Shown: positions 9,960 through 20,582 of the stretch, one piece after another
Position numbering within the stretch: the stretch's first letter is position 1
Layout: every line of letters begins with the position of its first letter
Assembly: GCA_965248195.1 (NCBI GenBank)
Contig: CBDFIQ010000002.1
Span: 672,001-736,000, forward strand
Source of the DNA: Longimicrobiales bacterium
GTDB lineage: Bacteria; Gemmatimonadota; Gemmatimonadetes; Longimicrobiales; Gaopeijiaceae
Reading direction: 5' to 3'
Length of the DNA stretch: 64,000 nucleotides
The notes under the pieces: generated by a model
Told to the model about the DNA's origin: nothing
The model's database searches: none
The model's input: the letters and a program-made list of their open reading frames with translations, nothing else
Program-made: the position numbers and the translations under genes

Positions 9960-11279
9960 CTACACGGGGTCCCTCAGAAGGGGGCAGGTCATGCAATGTC
10001 CTCCGCCCCGTCCACGGCCCAACTCGGACCCGTCGATCGTGATCACCTCGATACCCGCCTTTCGCAATTTGGTGTTCGTGTACTCGTTCTTCGAGTACGC
10101 CAGGACTACACCGGGCTCGACGGCCAGTACGTTGTTCCCGTCGTCCCACTGCTCACGTTGCGCCTGGAACTCATCACCTCCTGTTCCGATGACCCTCAAC
10201 TGCTTCACTTTCAAGGCGTCCTTGAGCGCGTCGAGGAAGCTCTTCTCCTGAGTGATGTCCATCCCGCCCCTGGCACGGTCCGAGGGGCGAACGCTGTAGG
10301 CCACAATCCGGTCCACGACCTGCGGGTAGACGGTCACGGCATCCACGTCCAACATCGTGATCACGGTGTCGAGGTGCATATGCGCTCGGTCTCGGCCAAT
10401 GTCGCACGCGATCACTCGTTCTACGGCACCCCCCTCGAAGAGCGTTTTAGCGAAGAGCTCGACCATCCGTGCCGTCGTCCGCTCACTGATGCCCAGCAAC
10501 ACGGTACCGTTTCCGATCGGCATGACGTCCCCGCCCTCCAGGGAGGCCCTTCCGAAGTCCTCGAGGGGTGCATCCCCGCCCCTCTTATCATTGGAGTACC
10601 AGATTTCGAAATCCGCACGTTTGAACAGCGGATGATTCTGGTAGATGAGTTCCACGTTTACCGTCTCCAACCGTCTCACCGGAAAGTACATCGGATTCAG
10701 GGTCACTCCGTTGTAAATCCACGACGACGAGTCCCTCGTGAAGAGAGAATTGGGAAGCGGCGGAAGAACGAAGGATGTTTCGGGGCCGGAACGCGCCATC
10801 AGCGAACCGCTGAGATCGATGCCCTCCATCTCGCCCCTTTCGAGTCCTCCGATCAAGTGAGTCGCGAGGTCGTCTGGGCTCATCTCCAGGAGGTAAGCCC
10901 GAATCTCATCACGCAGCGAGGCCCCCACCGTCCGTTCCGTGACGACGTGCTTCACGATCTCCTGTCGCGCCTCTTCGCTCGAGGTGAGCGTTTCCGAAAG
11001 GAGGTCACGGAGCAGGTAGACTTCGATACCCCGGTCCCGGAGATGGTCGACGAAAACGTCGTGCTGCTCCCGCGCCCGCCGCACCCACAGCACGTCGTCG
11101 AAGAGCAGTTCCCGGACGTTCGAAGGGGTGAGCCGCTGAAGGCTCAGGTCGGGCCGGTGGACCAGCACTTTTCTCAGCCGCCCGACCTCCGAGCCGACGT
11201 AGAATGCGGGGGCTTCAACGGGGCTGGCCAGGGTCAACGTTTCGGAGCCGCTCATACGTACTGGGGTGTCCCCTGTCAT
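9960..11279 (-). CDS. arcA: Arginine deiminase
   Basis: [54 protein letters not shown]. Confidence 0.96.
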   Translation of the reverse strand: MTGDTPVRMSGSETLTLASPVEAPAFYVGSEVGRLRKVLVHRPDLSLQRLTPSNVRELLFDDVLWVRRAREQHDVFVDHLRDRGIEVYLLRDLLSETLTSSEEARQEIVKHVVTERTVGASLRDEIRAYLLEMSPDDLATHLIGGLERGEMEGIDLSGSLMARSGPETSFVLPPLPNSLFTRDSSSWIYNGVTLNPMYFPVRRLETVNVELIYQNHPLFKRADFEIWYSNDKRGGDAPLEDFGRASLEGGDVMPIGNGTVLLGISERTTARMVELFAKTLFEGGAVERVIACDIGRDRAHMHLDTVITMLDVDAVTVYPQVVDRIVAYSVRPSDRARGGMDITQEKSFLDALKDALKVKQLRVIGTGGDEFQAQREQWDDGNNVLAVEPGVVLAYSKNEYTNTKLRKAGIEVITIDGSELGRGRGGGHCMTCPLLRDPV

Positions 11280-11363
11280 GGATAGGGTGCAGGCGACGGC
11301 GCGAAGGGCCGCGCCCCGTTTAAACGCAACCCGTAATTATATCAATTCTCGGCGAGGCGGCAC

Positions 11364-11837
11364 TCAGGGCGTGGCCGAACCGCTTCTCGAGCCTGAGGCG
11401 TCGTGCCCATCCGCCCCTGCCAACTCCTCCTTGATCGCCGCCACCAAGACGCCGAACTGGGCGGGTTTCTTGAGGTATCGGCGGACACCGTACTCCTCTG
11501 CCAGCCGGGCGTGCTCCGGGTCGGTCGACGCCGTGAACACGATAACGGGAATGTCCTTTAGCCTTTTGCGTCTCGCCATCCATCGCAGGACGTCGAAGCC
11601 GCTCCCATCCGGTAGCGACAGATCCAGCACGATCAAGTCGGGGACGGGGTTGTTTCGGCTGTCATCCTCGTAGACGGACCACTCCCCGCGGAGATGCCTG
11701 CGAGCCCCCTGGCCTCGGAGGGCCACCTGAACGCGGGCCCCCTTGAGGCCCTGGGAGATCACCGCCTCGATCAAGCCGACGTGATCGGGATTGTCCTCGA
11801 CAACGAGGATGGTCGTATTTGTACACACCTTTTGCAT
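11364..11837 (-). CDS. Single-domain response regulator
   Basis: VVEDNPD, LIVLDLSLPDGSG, VIVFTAS, YLKKP receiver motifs; no output domain. Confidence 0.85.
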   Translation of the reverse strand: MQKVCTNTTILVVEDNPDHVGLIEAVISQGLKGARVQVALRGQGARRHLRGEWSVYEDDSRNNPVPDLIVLDLSLPDGSGFDVLRWMARRKRLKDIPVIVFTASTDPEHARLAEEYGVRRYLKKPAQFGVLVAAIKEELAGADGHDASGSRSGSATP

Positions 11838-11963
11838 CCCCGAATCAAAAGGGGGGGCCGCCTCCCGGGAGCGCGCGCGCCATCCTCGTGCGCAGCATCT
11901 GCGGGTCTCTTAAGTATACCGGTTGGTCTGGCGGGGGCCCTAGTGTTTTTTTCCCGGTCGTCC

Positions 11964-12611
11964 TCAAGGCCCATCGGCGCTGAAAGATGTGAGGAGTTTG
12001 CCGGCCCAAGCGATTTCCTCCCCGTTGATCGTGTGCCCCATACGGGGATAGATCCGTTCGTCGACCTCGCCCCCGAGATTATGAAAAACCTGTGCGGATT
12101 CATGAACGCGTCCCACCGGGATGTGTACGTCGACGTCACTGCAGCCCAGGAAGACCGGCGTGCCCTCCAGGGACCCCGGGTAGTCACGCGGCGTGACGTC
12201 AGGCCCGATAAGCCCACCTGAAAACGCTACCACGCCCCCATACCGTCGTGTATTCCGAGCTGCGAACTCGAGGGCCAGGCACGCTCCCTGAGAGAAGCCC
12301 ATGAGCACGACTCTCTCCTGTGGAATCACCGTGGCGACGGCGGTGACGGCTGCCTCGACCCGGTCGAGAGCCGACGAGAGCCAGGGCTCATTCAGTTCGA
12401 CCTCGCTCAGAAAGCTGTGCGGATACCACGAAAAGTTGGTCGCTTGGGGAGCGAGAAAGGCCGTGCGCGGCGCTTGGAGCTCGGGCGCCAAGGCAAGAAT
12501 ACCCCGCGCGCTGTCGCCTCGGCCGTGGATCAGGACGACGGCACTCTCGGCCTCTTCAAGCCCGGGACCGAACCAAACGTCCTCACTCCCTCGGTGAGGA
12601 TCGTCTTTCAT
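11964..12611 (-). CDS. Phospholipase/carboxylesterase (alpha/beta hydrolase)
   Basis: IHGRG, GFSQGA nucleophile motif, D-x-HIP, MGHTI; overlaps the dioxygenase stop. Confidence 0.9.
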   Translation of the reverse strand: MKDDPHRGSEDVWFGPGLEEAESAVVLIHGRGDSARGILALAPELQAPRTAFLAPQATNFSWYPHSFLSEVELNEPWLSSALDRVEAAVTAVATVIPQERVVLMGFSQGACLALEFAARNTRRYGGVVAFSGGLIGPDVTPRDYPGSLEGTPVFLGCSDVDVHIPVGRVHESAQVFHNLGGEVDERIYPRMGHTINGEEIAWAGKLLTSFSADGP

Positions 12612-13618
12612 CGACGCTCGTCGGGAAGGATGAGCCTCGGAAGCCGTGCCTCCAATTCATCCCGGCGGGCTTCGAACCATGGCGGAAGCTTGAGGCTCCG
12701 GCCGAGCTCCTCGAGGGATTCGTCGATTCCGAACCCTGGCGTATCGGTCGCGATCTCGAAGAGGACGCCACCGGGCTCCCGGAAATAGATGGACCGGAAG
12801 TAGCACCGGTCCTGGACCGTCGTCACCGGGATACCCGCGCCGGCGATGATCTCCCTCCAGGTCTGTTGCTCATCGTCGTCCCGGGCACGGAAGGCCACAT
12901 GGTGAACGCTCCCTCGTCCCATGAGGGCCGGCGCCTCCGACCCGGCTGAGCGAAGGTCCACGATCGAGCCGACCTCCTCCTCATTACCCTTGAAGCGGAT
13001 TCGTCCGTCACGCTCGCCAAGGTGCTCGAAGCCCATGACGTCGGTGAGGAGCCTCGCCGTTGGTTCCGGGTCGACCACATCGAGAAGCACGCCGTGGAAG
13101 GCGCGTATGGCGAACTCGGCAGGAACGTCGGGATGCACGGGCCGGCCGGCCGGTGTCTCGCGTGTGGCGGGCCCCGCCACGAGTTCGAGGACCAAACCAT
13201 CGGGATCCTCGCAGCGCAGCGACTCCTCGTCGAACCGTGTGGCCACCTCCCGTGGTAACGCACGTCCGGCTGTGAGGCGGTCGGCCCAGAACTCGAGCGA
13301 CCCGGGGCGAACCGAAAAGCCGGTCACCTCGGTAGTGCCCGATCCGGGCCCACCGCGGGCAGCGTGTTCCCAAGGGAAGAACGTCATGGCGGTGCCCGGC
13401 GTCCCGGCACGGTCGCCGTAGTAGAGGTGGTGCGTTCTGGGATCGTCGAAATTCACGGTCTGTTTGACCGTGCGGAGCCCGAGGAGGCCCGCGTAGAAAT
13501 CCACGTTCCGCTGCGCAGGCCCCGAAATCGCGGTGACGTGATGGATGCCTGGAACGCGCGGAGCTTCCGTTTTGGCATCGGCGGCGAGGGCCGTCAGGGT
13601 ACCTTTGGTCCGTCTCAT
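12608..13618 (-). CDS. Ring-cleaving dioxygenase (MhqO-like, VOC fold)
   Basis: GIHHVTAI, KQTVNFDDP, GSVHHVAFR, DRCYFRSIYFREPGGVLFEIATD. Confidence 0.92.
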   Translation of the reverse strand: MRRTKGTLTALAADAKTEAPRVPGIHHVTAISGPAQRNVDFYAGLLGLRTVKQTVNFDDPRTHHLYYGDRAGTPGTAMTFFPWEHAARGGPGSGTTEVTGFSVRPGSLEFWADRLTAGRALPREVATRFDEESLRCEDPDGLVLELVAGPATRETPAGRPVHPDVPAEFAIRAFHGVLLDVVDPEPTARLLTDVMGFEHLGERDGRIRFKGNEEEVGSIVDLRSAGSEAPALMGRGSVHHVAFRARDDDEQQTWREIIAGAGIPVTTVQDRCYFRSIYFREPGGVLFEIATDTPGFGIDESLEELGRSLKLPPWFEARRDELEARLPRLILPDERR

Positions 13619-13763
13619 GGTCGTCTCACTTGCCTGTGGGCGTATCAGCCTACACACTCGACAGTGAGGTTGCGTTGCGAAACTCGGCCCGGTGCGCGTG
13701 TGGGTTCAGCACAGTAATCAAAGTGCATGAAACAAGCGATGCGTGCCCTTCGTAAAGGCTACT

Positions 13764-13979
13764 ATGACGAAATATCTCGCTCCTGTAGCGTTTACGGGAA
13801 TCGCCGGCCTCATCCTGTGGAAGATTCTTCAGATTCTCCTGGCCCCGGTGATCGCCTGGATCCTTGGAATTCTGGCGATCGGGCTCAAGATCGGACTCGT
13901 GGTGGTGTTGGCATGCGTCACGATCTATGGTATACGACGAGTGATGCGGACTCGCGCCGAGAGTGAGGCCCAGGAGTAA
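13764..13979 (+). CDS. Small two-helix membrane protein
   Basis: 71 aa, hydrophobic with basic C-terminus; fills the intergenic gap. Confidence 0.6.
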   Translation: MTKYLAPVAFTGIAGLILWKILQILLAPVIAWILGILAIGLKIGLVVVLACVTIYGIRRVMRTRAESEAQE

Positions 13980-14111
13980 GGGCCGTTTCCCCAGTGCTTC
14001 CGTGCGGGGTCTTTCCTTGATATACCCGCACTCGCTATATCCCACCGGTAGGCTTGATACCCGGTCGGTACCTGCCGGGGACTCAGCTCTCAGGCATCAC
14101 AGGAGATCGAG

Positions 14112-15281
14112 ATGGTCCGGACACCCGTGAGAGTCTTCATCGCCCTAGGGCTTCTTCTTTCCGTCGTAACGCCCGTTCTGGGCCAGGCGCCGGTCGTTCG
14201 GTCCGCCAACCACGACTATCGGGTCGTCAAGATAGCCGACGGCCTGATCACCCCCTGGTCCATGGCGTTCCTCCCCGGGGGCGACATGCTGATCACGGAG
14301 AGGCCCGGCCGGCTCCGTCTCGTCCGAAACGGAGTCCTGCGCATGGCGCCCATCGAGGGAGTCCCGGAGGTTCTGGCCCAGGGTCAGGGTGGCCTTTTCG
14401 ATGTGGTCCTTCATCCGGACTTCGAGTCGAATCGACTGGTCTACCTGAGCTATGCCAAGCCGATCGGCGACGGCTCCGCGGCGACCACGGCAGTCGCGCG
14501 GGGGCGTTTCGAGAATGACCGACTCATGGATGTCGAAGACATCTTCGTGGCGGAGACCCGGGGTCGTCCTGGCCACTACGGAGGGCGGCTCGCGTTCGAT
14601 AAAGAGGGGTACCTCTTCGTGACGGTCGGAGAACGTCAGGCGCCTTCATCCGGTGACCTGGAGGCCCACCCCGCACAGGACATCTCGAACCACCACGGCA
14701 CCGTCAATCGCCTCCACGACGACGGGACCGTGCCCACCGACAATCCGTTCGTCGGTGAAAGCAATGTACTTCCCGAAATCTGGAGCTACGGACACCGCAA
14801 CCCCCAAGGCCTGGCCATCCACCCGGAGACCGGGGACATCTGGATTACAGAACACGGACCTCAGGGTGGGGACGAGCTCAACCGGGTTCTTCCGCGACTG
14901 AACTATGGTTGGCCCGTGATCGGGTACGGTGTGAACTACCGGACCGGCTCGGCGATCCACGAAGGGACGCTCCGGAACGGGATCGAAGCCCCGACTCATT
15001 TCTGGGTGCCGTCGATCGCCACCTCCGGCCTGATGGTCTATACCGGAGACCTCTTCCCCGCTTGGAAAGGAAACATTTTCGCGGGGGGCCTGGCCGGCCA
15101 GCAAATCGCACGTCTCACGATGGACGGGCACCGTGTGGTTCGGGAGGAGACGCTACTCCACAGCATGGGCCGCGTACGTGACGTCCGACAGAGCCCGGAT
15201 GGATATATCTACGTCGCCATCGAAAGCCGAGATGGCTCGCCCACCGCCGTGGTCCGATTCGAGCCGGCGGGAGCGAGATAG
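14112..15281 (+). CDS. PQQ-dependent aldose sugar dehydrogenase (YliI/GSDH family)
   Basis: Signal peptide; PWSMAFLP, ITERPGRL, GQGGLFDV, HYGGRL, YGHRNPQG, EHGPQGGDELN, NYGWP. Confidence 0.92.
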   Translation: MVRTPVRVFIALGLLLSVVTPVLGQAPVVRSANHDYRVVKIADGLITPWSMAFLPGGDMLITERPGRLRLVRNGVLRMAPIEGVPEVLAQGQGGLFDVVLHPDFESNRLVYLSYAKPIGDGSAATTAVARGRFENDRLMDVEDIFVAETRGRPGHYGGRLAFDKEGYLFVTVGERQAPSSGDLEAHPAQDISNHHGTVNRLHDDGTVPTDNPFVGESNVLPEIWSYGHRNPQGLAIHPETGDIWITEHGPQGGDELNRVLPRLNYGWPVIGYGVNYRTGSAIHEGTLRNGIEAPTHFWVPSIATSGLMVYTGDLFPAWKGNIFAGGLAGQQIARLTMDGHRVVREETLLHSMGRVRDVRQSPDGYIYVAIESRDGSPTAVVRFEPAGAR

Positions 15282-15293
15282 GCCGGCCCCTGC

Positions 15294-16016
15294 TCAGTTC
15301 CGTGTTTGCCGGATCGCTTCATCGCGGTATTCGGCGCTTGCGAAAATCGCGACCTCGACCCGCCGGTTCGCCTCCTGGCCCCCTGGGGTCTCGTTCGAGG
15401 CAACGGGCTCCATCTCGCCGAGGCCCCGAATGCGGATCTGCGAGTCGGGGATTCCCCGGGTGGTCAGAAAGTCCGAAGCCGCCGAGGCTCGCCGTTCCGA
15501 GAGCGCCTGGTTGTAGGCCTCAGCCCCAGAGTTGTCGGTGTGCCCCGCCACGAGAATCTCGTAATCGTCCGAGTCCTCCGCCAGCACACTAGCCAGGTCA
15601 CCGAGGTTATTTCGCGCCTGCGCCCGCAGGGTAGACGAGTCGAAGCCGAAGAGGATGCCGGAGTCGAAAGTCACCAGGATCCCTTCTCCTATGCGCTCGA
15701 TCGTGGCGTTGTCGAGCTCCCTCTCGAGCGTCTCGGCCCGGTCGTTCATCCGACTCCCGATGATCGCGCCCGCAGCCCCTCCCACCACCGCGCCGATGAT
15801 CGCGCCCCTGGAGGTCGATCCCGCCGCGTTACCGACGACGGCGCCCACCGTGCCTCCAGCGCCCGCCCCGATCAGGGCTCCGCGTTGTGTATTGCTGAGA
15901 CTGGAACATCCGGTACCGGCAAGGGACAGTAGAGTGACCAAGGCAAGGGTGATTCCGTTGCGTCGCACTCGGACCGTCTTGTGGGACCGCTTACTCCATG
16001 GCAAAGACTTCCTCAT
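15294..16016 (-). CDS. OmpA family lipoprotein with glycine zipper
   Basis: Lipobox GTGC, glycine zipper, GHTDNSG, LSERRA, NRRVEV. Confidence 0.92.
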   Translation of the reverse strand: MRKSLPWSKRSHKTVRVRRNGITLALVTLLSLAGTGCSSLSNTQRGALIGAGAGGTVGAVVGNAAGSTSRGAIIGAVVGGAAGAIIGSRMNDRAETLERELDNATIERIGEGILVTFDSGILFGFDSSTLRAQARNNLGDLASVLAEDSDDYEILVAGHTDNSGAEAYNQALSERRASAASDFLTTRGIPDSQIRIRGLGEMEPVASNETPGGQEANRRVEVAIFASAEYRDEAIRQTRN

Positions 16017-16258
16017 TCTAGGACCTCCTGTGGGGCTGATGTATGTTCAAATAGGCCGGGGGACACACCTCGTTCCACTGGATCGAGTACATCGCTGTCT
16101 CCCAGCCACTAGTTTTTTAATCGTACGGCGGCACGTATTTCTGGCGTGACGCGTCATCCCCCAGTAAGGTAGAGAGTGTCCCTCCGTCTGGATTCTTCGC
16201 ATGGGATCCACGGCAAGAAACACTAACCAGGAGCTCTCCCGGGGGTGCCCCGAGGTCC

Positions 16259-16747
16259 ATGACTCTCAAGCTGCGACATGTGACCGTATTCTTTTTCGCT
16301 CTCTCTTTGGGGGCGGCAGCGATGTACATCGATATCGCCCCGTGGCTCCGGGTGTTGGTCGCTGCGTTCCTCCTGGTTCCGATCATCTACGCGGCGGATG
16401 GATTGGGGATCGCCTCATGGTTGAACGTCCTGCCGGACCGTAACGCCCGCCCTCGCAGATTCGGCGTGCTCCGGTCCGAGGTCATGCAGCTTCTCGACGT
16501 GGTTCGGCGGCTCAATTGGCTGAACGTCGATCTGGACCGAGGCGTCCGCAGTGAGGAGGCTGTAAAGGCGGAGATCGCTTCAGCAGAACGGCGGCTCGAG
16601 GAAATCCTCACTGAGATCCGCGGCGCGGCCGGGCGGTCTTCGACCGGCGAGGAATTTGATGAAGAGTGGGAGGGGGACGAAGGCTTGCGGGACCAAGTTG
16701 ACGAAGGGTGGGAGGGGGAGGAGGCCTTGGAGCCGGACCGGGGCTGA
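16259..16747 (+). CDS. Hypothetical membrane protein with acidic repeat tail
   Basis: Two N-terminal TM helices, coiled region, duplicated DE(E/G)WEG(D/E)E. Confidence 0.65.
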   Translation: MTLKLRHVTVFFFALSLGAAAMYIDIAPWLRVLVAAFLLVPIIYAADGLGIASWLNVLPDRNARPRRFGVLRSEVMQLLDVVRRLNWLNVDLDRGVRSEEAVKAEIASAERRLEEILTEIRGAAGRSSTGEEFDEEWEGDEGLRDQVDEGWEGEEALEPDRG

Positions 16748-16752
16748 GTTCG

Positions 16753-17190
16753 CTACTTCGTTTCGCGTGCCCGTTTGCTGAAATGGGTCCGCGAGCGTGT
16801 GCGCCGTCTAGCCAGGATTCCCCCCAGAACGGCGTTCGGTGGCACGAGCAGGGTCATCACCCATGGATACCAGTCGGGCTGGCCCGGCGCTGGCTGGCCG
16901 CCGTTGATCAACCACGCCGTCAGCCCGAGCAACATCATGAACGCGGAGAGGGCGGCGGCGTGTCCGAGCGGGGAGTGATCCGAAACCGTCGCAGCAACAT
17001 ATCCACCGGCAATGGCGAACAGCACGCTGTAAGTCAGGTTGACGACCAAGAATGGCGTCGTCGGCTCGGCACCGGGCTCCGTGGACCCCAACATGAGTTG
17101 CGCTGCGAGGGCCGTGGCTAGCCCTACGAGAACGGCAACAACGACGAACGCGCCCACGACGGAGAGCACGCTTCGGATGATAGGCGGCAT
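16753..17190 (-). CDS. Hypothetical four-TM membrane protein
   Basis: Four hydrophobic helices, GGYVAA and QPDWY motifs. Confidence 0.7.
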   Translation of the reverse strand: MPPIIRSVLSVVGAFVVVAVLVGLATALAAQLMLGSTEPGAEPTTPFLVVNLTYSVLFAIAGGYVAATVSDHSPLGHAAALSAFMMLLGLTAWLINGGQPAPGQPDWYPWVMTLLVPPNAVLGGILARRRTRSRTHFSKRARETK

Positions 17191-17386
17191 CAAACTCCGT
17201 TCGGTCGGTAGAGCCGTGAGAGTAGGGAAAGCCCTCAACAAACGAAAGTGTAGTTCGACGTCCACCATGGACCTCGATTTCTTTCGGGCCTATTCTTCCG
17301 CTGCCGCCACCGAAGTCCATGCTGCGGGCCGGGGCGGTGGCCCTGGGAATTTTCTGACCCGGTGCCCCTCCAACACGGGACATGGA

Positions 17387-18175
17387 ATGTCGGAACCGCT
17401 CGAGGGCATCAAAGGCGTTTTGCTGGATTTGGACGGCACGATCTTCGTCGGTGATCGGTTGGTCCCCGGCGCGGCCGATGCGGTGGGTGCGCTGCGGCGC
17501 GGTGGCCTCCCCCTGAGGTTCGGCACCAACACGACTCGGATGTCGCGGACAACCCTCGTCGGTCGCCTGCAAAAAATGGGGCTCGCGCTGGATCCCGGGG
17601 AGGTCTTCACGGCGCCTCTCGCCGCCGCGGCCTGGCTGGAAAAGAAAGGCCTCTGGAACTTGTCTTTGTGCGTCCCCCAGGCCGCCCATGCCGACTTCGG
17701 CCATTTTAAAATCGATGAGACCTCTCCCCAGGCCGTCGTCGTAGGGGATCTGGGCGAGGCCTGGGACTTCAGTCGGCTCAACGACGCGTTCCGTCACATC
17801 ATGGAGGGTGCGGAGTTCGTGGCCTTACAACGGAACCGTTACTGGGATACGGGAGAAGGGTTGGCTTTGGACGCGGGTGCGTTCGTCACGGCCCTCGAGT
17901 ACGCGACGGGACGGGAGGCCACCCTGGCGGGTAAACCGAGCTCGATGTTTTTTCAGGGAGCTGCGGAGTCTATGGGAGTGGAACTGTTCAACCTGGCCGT
18001 GGTGGGAGACGATCCGGGGACGGACGTGGCAGGAGCCCAAGCCTGTGACGCCGCAGCGATCTTGGTGAAAACCGGGCGCTTCCAAGAGGGAGCGCTCGCC
18101 CCTAGTATGCCGCACCCCGATCTGATCCTGGATTCGGTGGCGACGCTGCCGGCGGCTCTCGGCGTCGGGTTCTGA
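17387..18175 (+). CDS. HAD-IIA hydrolase (LHPP/TIGR01458-like)
   Basis: LLDLDGT, TNTT, LDAGAFV, GKPS, VGDD motifs. Confidence 0.9.
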   Translation: MSEPLEGIKGVLLDLDGTIFVGDRLVPGAADAVGALRRGGLPLRFGTNTTRMSRTTLVGRLQKMGLALDPGEVFTAPLAAAAWLEKKGLWNLSLCVPQAAHADFGHFKIDETSPQAVVVGDLGEAWDFSRLNDAFRHIMEGAEFVALQRNRYWDTGEGLALDAGAFVTALEYATGREATLAGKPSSMFFQGAAESMGVELFNLAVVGDDPGTDVAGAQACDAAAILVKTGRFQEGALAPSMPHPDLILDSVATLPAALGVGF

Positions 18176-19299
18176 TGGGTCGCACGGAGGGCTCGCCAGA
18201 GGGACTTGCGGGAACACGAGATCGGGAAGGGCCGTTCTACGAGAATCTGATCTCCGACGATCCCGTCTACGACGCCCAGAGCCCGGGGGAGCAAGTCCGG
18301 GAGAATCAGACCGCAAGGGAGTGGCGCAAGGTTCTAGGGCCTTATGGCGGGGCGGACCTTCGTCGTAGTGTCACCCAGATTTTCACCTCTGCGGTGCCCT
18401 TTTTCGTCCTTTGGTACGCGGCCTATCGTGCTCTTTCCGTCGGCTATTGGCTCACGTTGATCCTCGCCGTGCCAACCGCCGGTTTCGTAATGCGGCTCTT
18501 CCTGATCCAGCACGACTGCGGGCATGGATCGTTTTTCAAGTCCCAAAAAGTTGCGGACCTCGTTGGTTTCTGGCTCGGCGTGGTGACACTGACGCCATAC
18601 CGGTATTGGCGGAAGATGCACGCCTATCACCATGCTCATTCGGGCGATTTGGGTTTCCGGGGCCTCGGTGACGTAGACACGATCACCGTATCGGAGTACT
18701 ACGAAAAGCCTTTTCTCGGGCGCCTCCGCTATCGTCTCTATCGAAGTCCGCTCGTGCTACTGGGCGTGGGGGGACTGTTCGTGTTCGCCTTGAAGCACCG
18801 CTATCCCTGGGATCTCCCCAGGCGATGGAAGCGGGAGTGGGCGAGCGTCTGGAAGACCAATGCGGTGCTCTTTGCGATCTTGATGCTGTTCGGCCTGACG
18901 ATCGGCCTCAAAGCAGCCCTGCTGGTTCACTTGCCTGTGCTCTTGGTCACGGCGACGATCGGCGTGTGGCTGTTCTACGTACAACACCAGTTCGAAGATA
19001 CGTATTGGCACGAACACACCGAATGGTCATACTTCGACGCGGGTCTCCAGGGCAGTTCTCATCTCGTGCTACCCAAGCCTCTCCAGTGGGTCACCGCCAG
19101 TATCGGTATCCATCACGTCCATCACCTCAGCGCTCAAATTCCCAATTACCGCCTTCAGCAGTGCCTGGATGAGAACCCCGAGCTCCAGCACGTGACTCGG
19201 ATCACCATCTGGGACGGGATCAAGACGCTGAGCCTTTCACTCTGGGACGAGGACTCGAGACGCCTCGTCAGCTTTCGCGAGGCACGGCGCCTGATCTAA
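18175..19299 (+). CDS. Membrane fatty acid desaturase (Des-like)
   Basis: Three His boxes HDCGH, HAYHH, HHVHH; FYVQHQFE; IPNYRL. Confidence 0.92.
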   Translation: MGRTEGSPEGLAGTRDREGPFYENLISDDPVYDAQSPGEQVRENQTAREWRKVLGPYGGADLRRSVTQIFTSAVPFFVLWYAAYRALSVGYWLTLILAVPTAGFVMRLFLIQHDCGHGSFFKSQKVADLVGFWLGVVTLTPYRYWRKMHAYHHAHSGDLGFRGLGDVDTITVSEYYEKPFLGRLRYRLYRSPLVLLGVGGLFVFALKHRYPWDLPRRWKREWASVWKTNAVLFAILMLFGLTIGLKAALLVHLPVLLVTATIGVWLFYVQHQFEDTYWHEHTEWSYFDAGLQGSSHLVLPKPLQWVTASIGIHHVHHLSAQIPNYRLQQCLDENPELQHVTRITIWDGIKTLSLSLWDEDSRRLVSFREARRLI

Positions 19300-19303
19300 C
19301 CAC

Positions 19304-19873
19304 ATGGCTCAAAGGATCCGCTTCGCTGCCGAGACCGACGCCACGCAGATTCTGGACATCTACGCGCCGATCGTTAGGGACACGGCCATTTCCTTCGAGG
19401 AGGTGCCACCCAACAGGCCGGAAATGGCCGGCCGGATCCGCAGCACCCTGGAGCGCTACCCGTGGCTCGCGTGTGAGGAGGCCGGACACGTTTTGGGCTA
19501 CGCGTACGCGGGCAGTTTCCGGTCACGCCCGGCCTACCAGTGGGCCGTCGAAGTTACGGCGTACGTACGTCCCGAGGCGCAGCGGAGAGGTGTCGCGAGC
19601 GCCCTCTACACGTCTCTGCTCGAGATCCTGCGACTCCAGGGCTTCATCAATGCCCTCGCGGGCATCGCCTTGCCAAACGACCCGAGTGTGGCCCTGCATG
19701 AACGGTTCGGCTTCAAGCCGGTGGGCGTCCTCCAGGACATAGGGTTCAAGCTCACGCGGTGGCACGATGTGGAATGGTGGGCGTTACGCCTTCAGCAACC
19801 CATGGACCCGCCCGACGCCCCCAAACCTCTCCCCGAGGTGTGGGCGGCGAGCGCGGATCTCATGTCCGTTTGA
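19304..19873 (+). CDS. GNAT N-acetyltransferase (phosphinothricin/ArsN1-like)
   Basis: TAISFE, GYAYA, RPAYQW, ALPNDPSVALHERFGF, GFK..WHDV. Confidence 0.88.
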   Translation: MAQRIRFAAETDATQILDIYAPIVRDTAISFEEVPPNRPEMAGRIRSTLERYPWLACEEAGHVLGYAYAGSFRSRPAYQWAVEVTAYVRPEAQRRGVASALYTSLLEILRLQGFINALAGIALPNDPSVALHERFGFKPVGVLQDIGFKLTRWHDVEWWALRLQQPMDPPDAPKPLPEVWAASADLMSV

Positions 19874-19928
19874 AGGATTCCACCCACTGGCGTCTACCGT
19901 GTGATTCCTATCCTCGCTACCGTTCACC

Positions 19929-20582
19929 ATGTCGATCAAGTCAGCCATCAAGTCCGTTGTCACTCTGGGCCAGGGGGTCACCCAGGGACTACCCGAGGCA
20001 AGTGCCGAGCGCGACCCCATAACACTGTTCGCTGAGTGGCTCGAACAGGCGAAGGAGTCGGGCATTCTCCTTCCGGAGTCGGCATCCCTCGCCACGGCCG
20101 ATCGGGATGGCGTTCCTTCGTCTCGCATGGTCCTTCTCAAGAGCTTTGCCGCGGATGGATTCGTATTCTTCACGAACTACGAGAGCCGCAAGGCCAGGGA
20201 AATGGACGAGAATCCCAAGGCCTCACTCCTGCTGCACTGGGTGGTGTTGCAGCGGCAGATCCGGGTGGAGGGTTCGGTCGAGCGCGTCAGTGCCGAGGCG
20301 TCTGCGGCGTACTTTCGGACCCGGGACCGGGGAAGCCAGATCGGTGCCTGGGTGTCCCGTCAGAGTGAGGACCTGGAGGACCGTTCGGTACTGAAGAGGC
20401 GGGAAAAAGAGATCAAGCAGCGTTTCGAAGGCCAGGACGTTCCTTTGCCTCCGTTTTGGGGGGGATACCGCCTTATCCCCGAGTGCATCGAATTCTGGCA
20501 GGGACGCTTGAACCGGCTGCACGATCGGCTTCTGTTCACGCGGTTAGAGGCGGGCTGGGCCGCGCAGCGCCTCTATCCCTGA
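19929..20582 (+). CDS. pdxH: Pyridoxamine 5'-phosphate oxidase
   Basis: RMVLLK, FFTNYESRK, RQIRVEG, SQIGAWVSRQS, EFWQGRLNRLHDR. Confidence 0.95.
   Translation: MSIKSAIKSVVTLGQGVTQGLPEASAERDPITLFAEWLEQAKESGILLPESASLATADRDGVPSSRMVLLKSFAADGFVFFTNYESRKAREMDENPKASLLLHWVVLQRQIRVEGSVERVSAEASAAYFRTRDRGSQIGAWVSRQSEDLEDRSVLKRREKEIKQRFEGQDVPLPPFWGGYRLIPECIEFWQGRLNRLHDRLLFTRLEAGWAAQRLYP

Noticed and set aside
9759..11285. Long antisense ORFs (9759..11285, 1311..2453, 3038..4066, 48337..49335, 57795..58706 and others)
   Set aside because: They shadow well-supported genes in high-GC DNA and show no recognisable motifs.
11332..11345. FNR/ANR box upstream of arcA
   Set aside because: Only one good half-site (TTGAT); the other half does not match.
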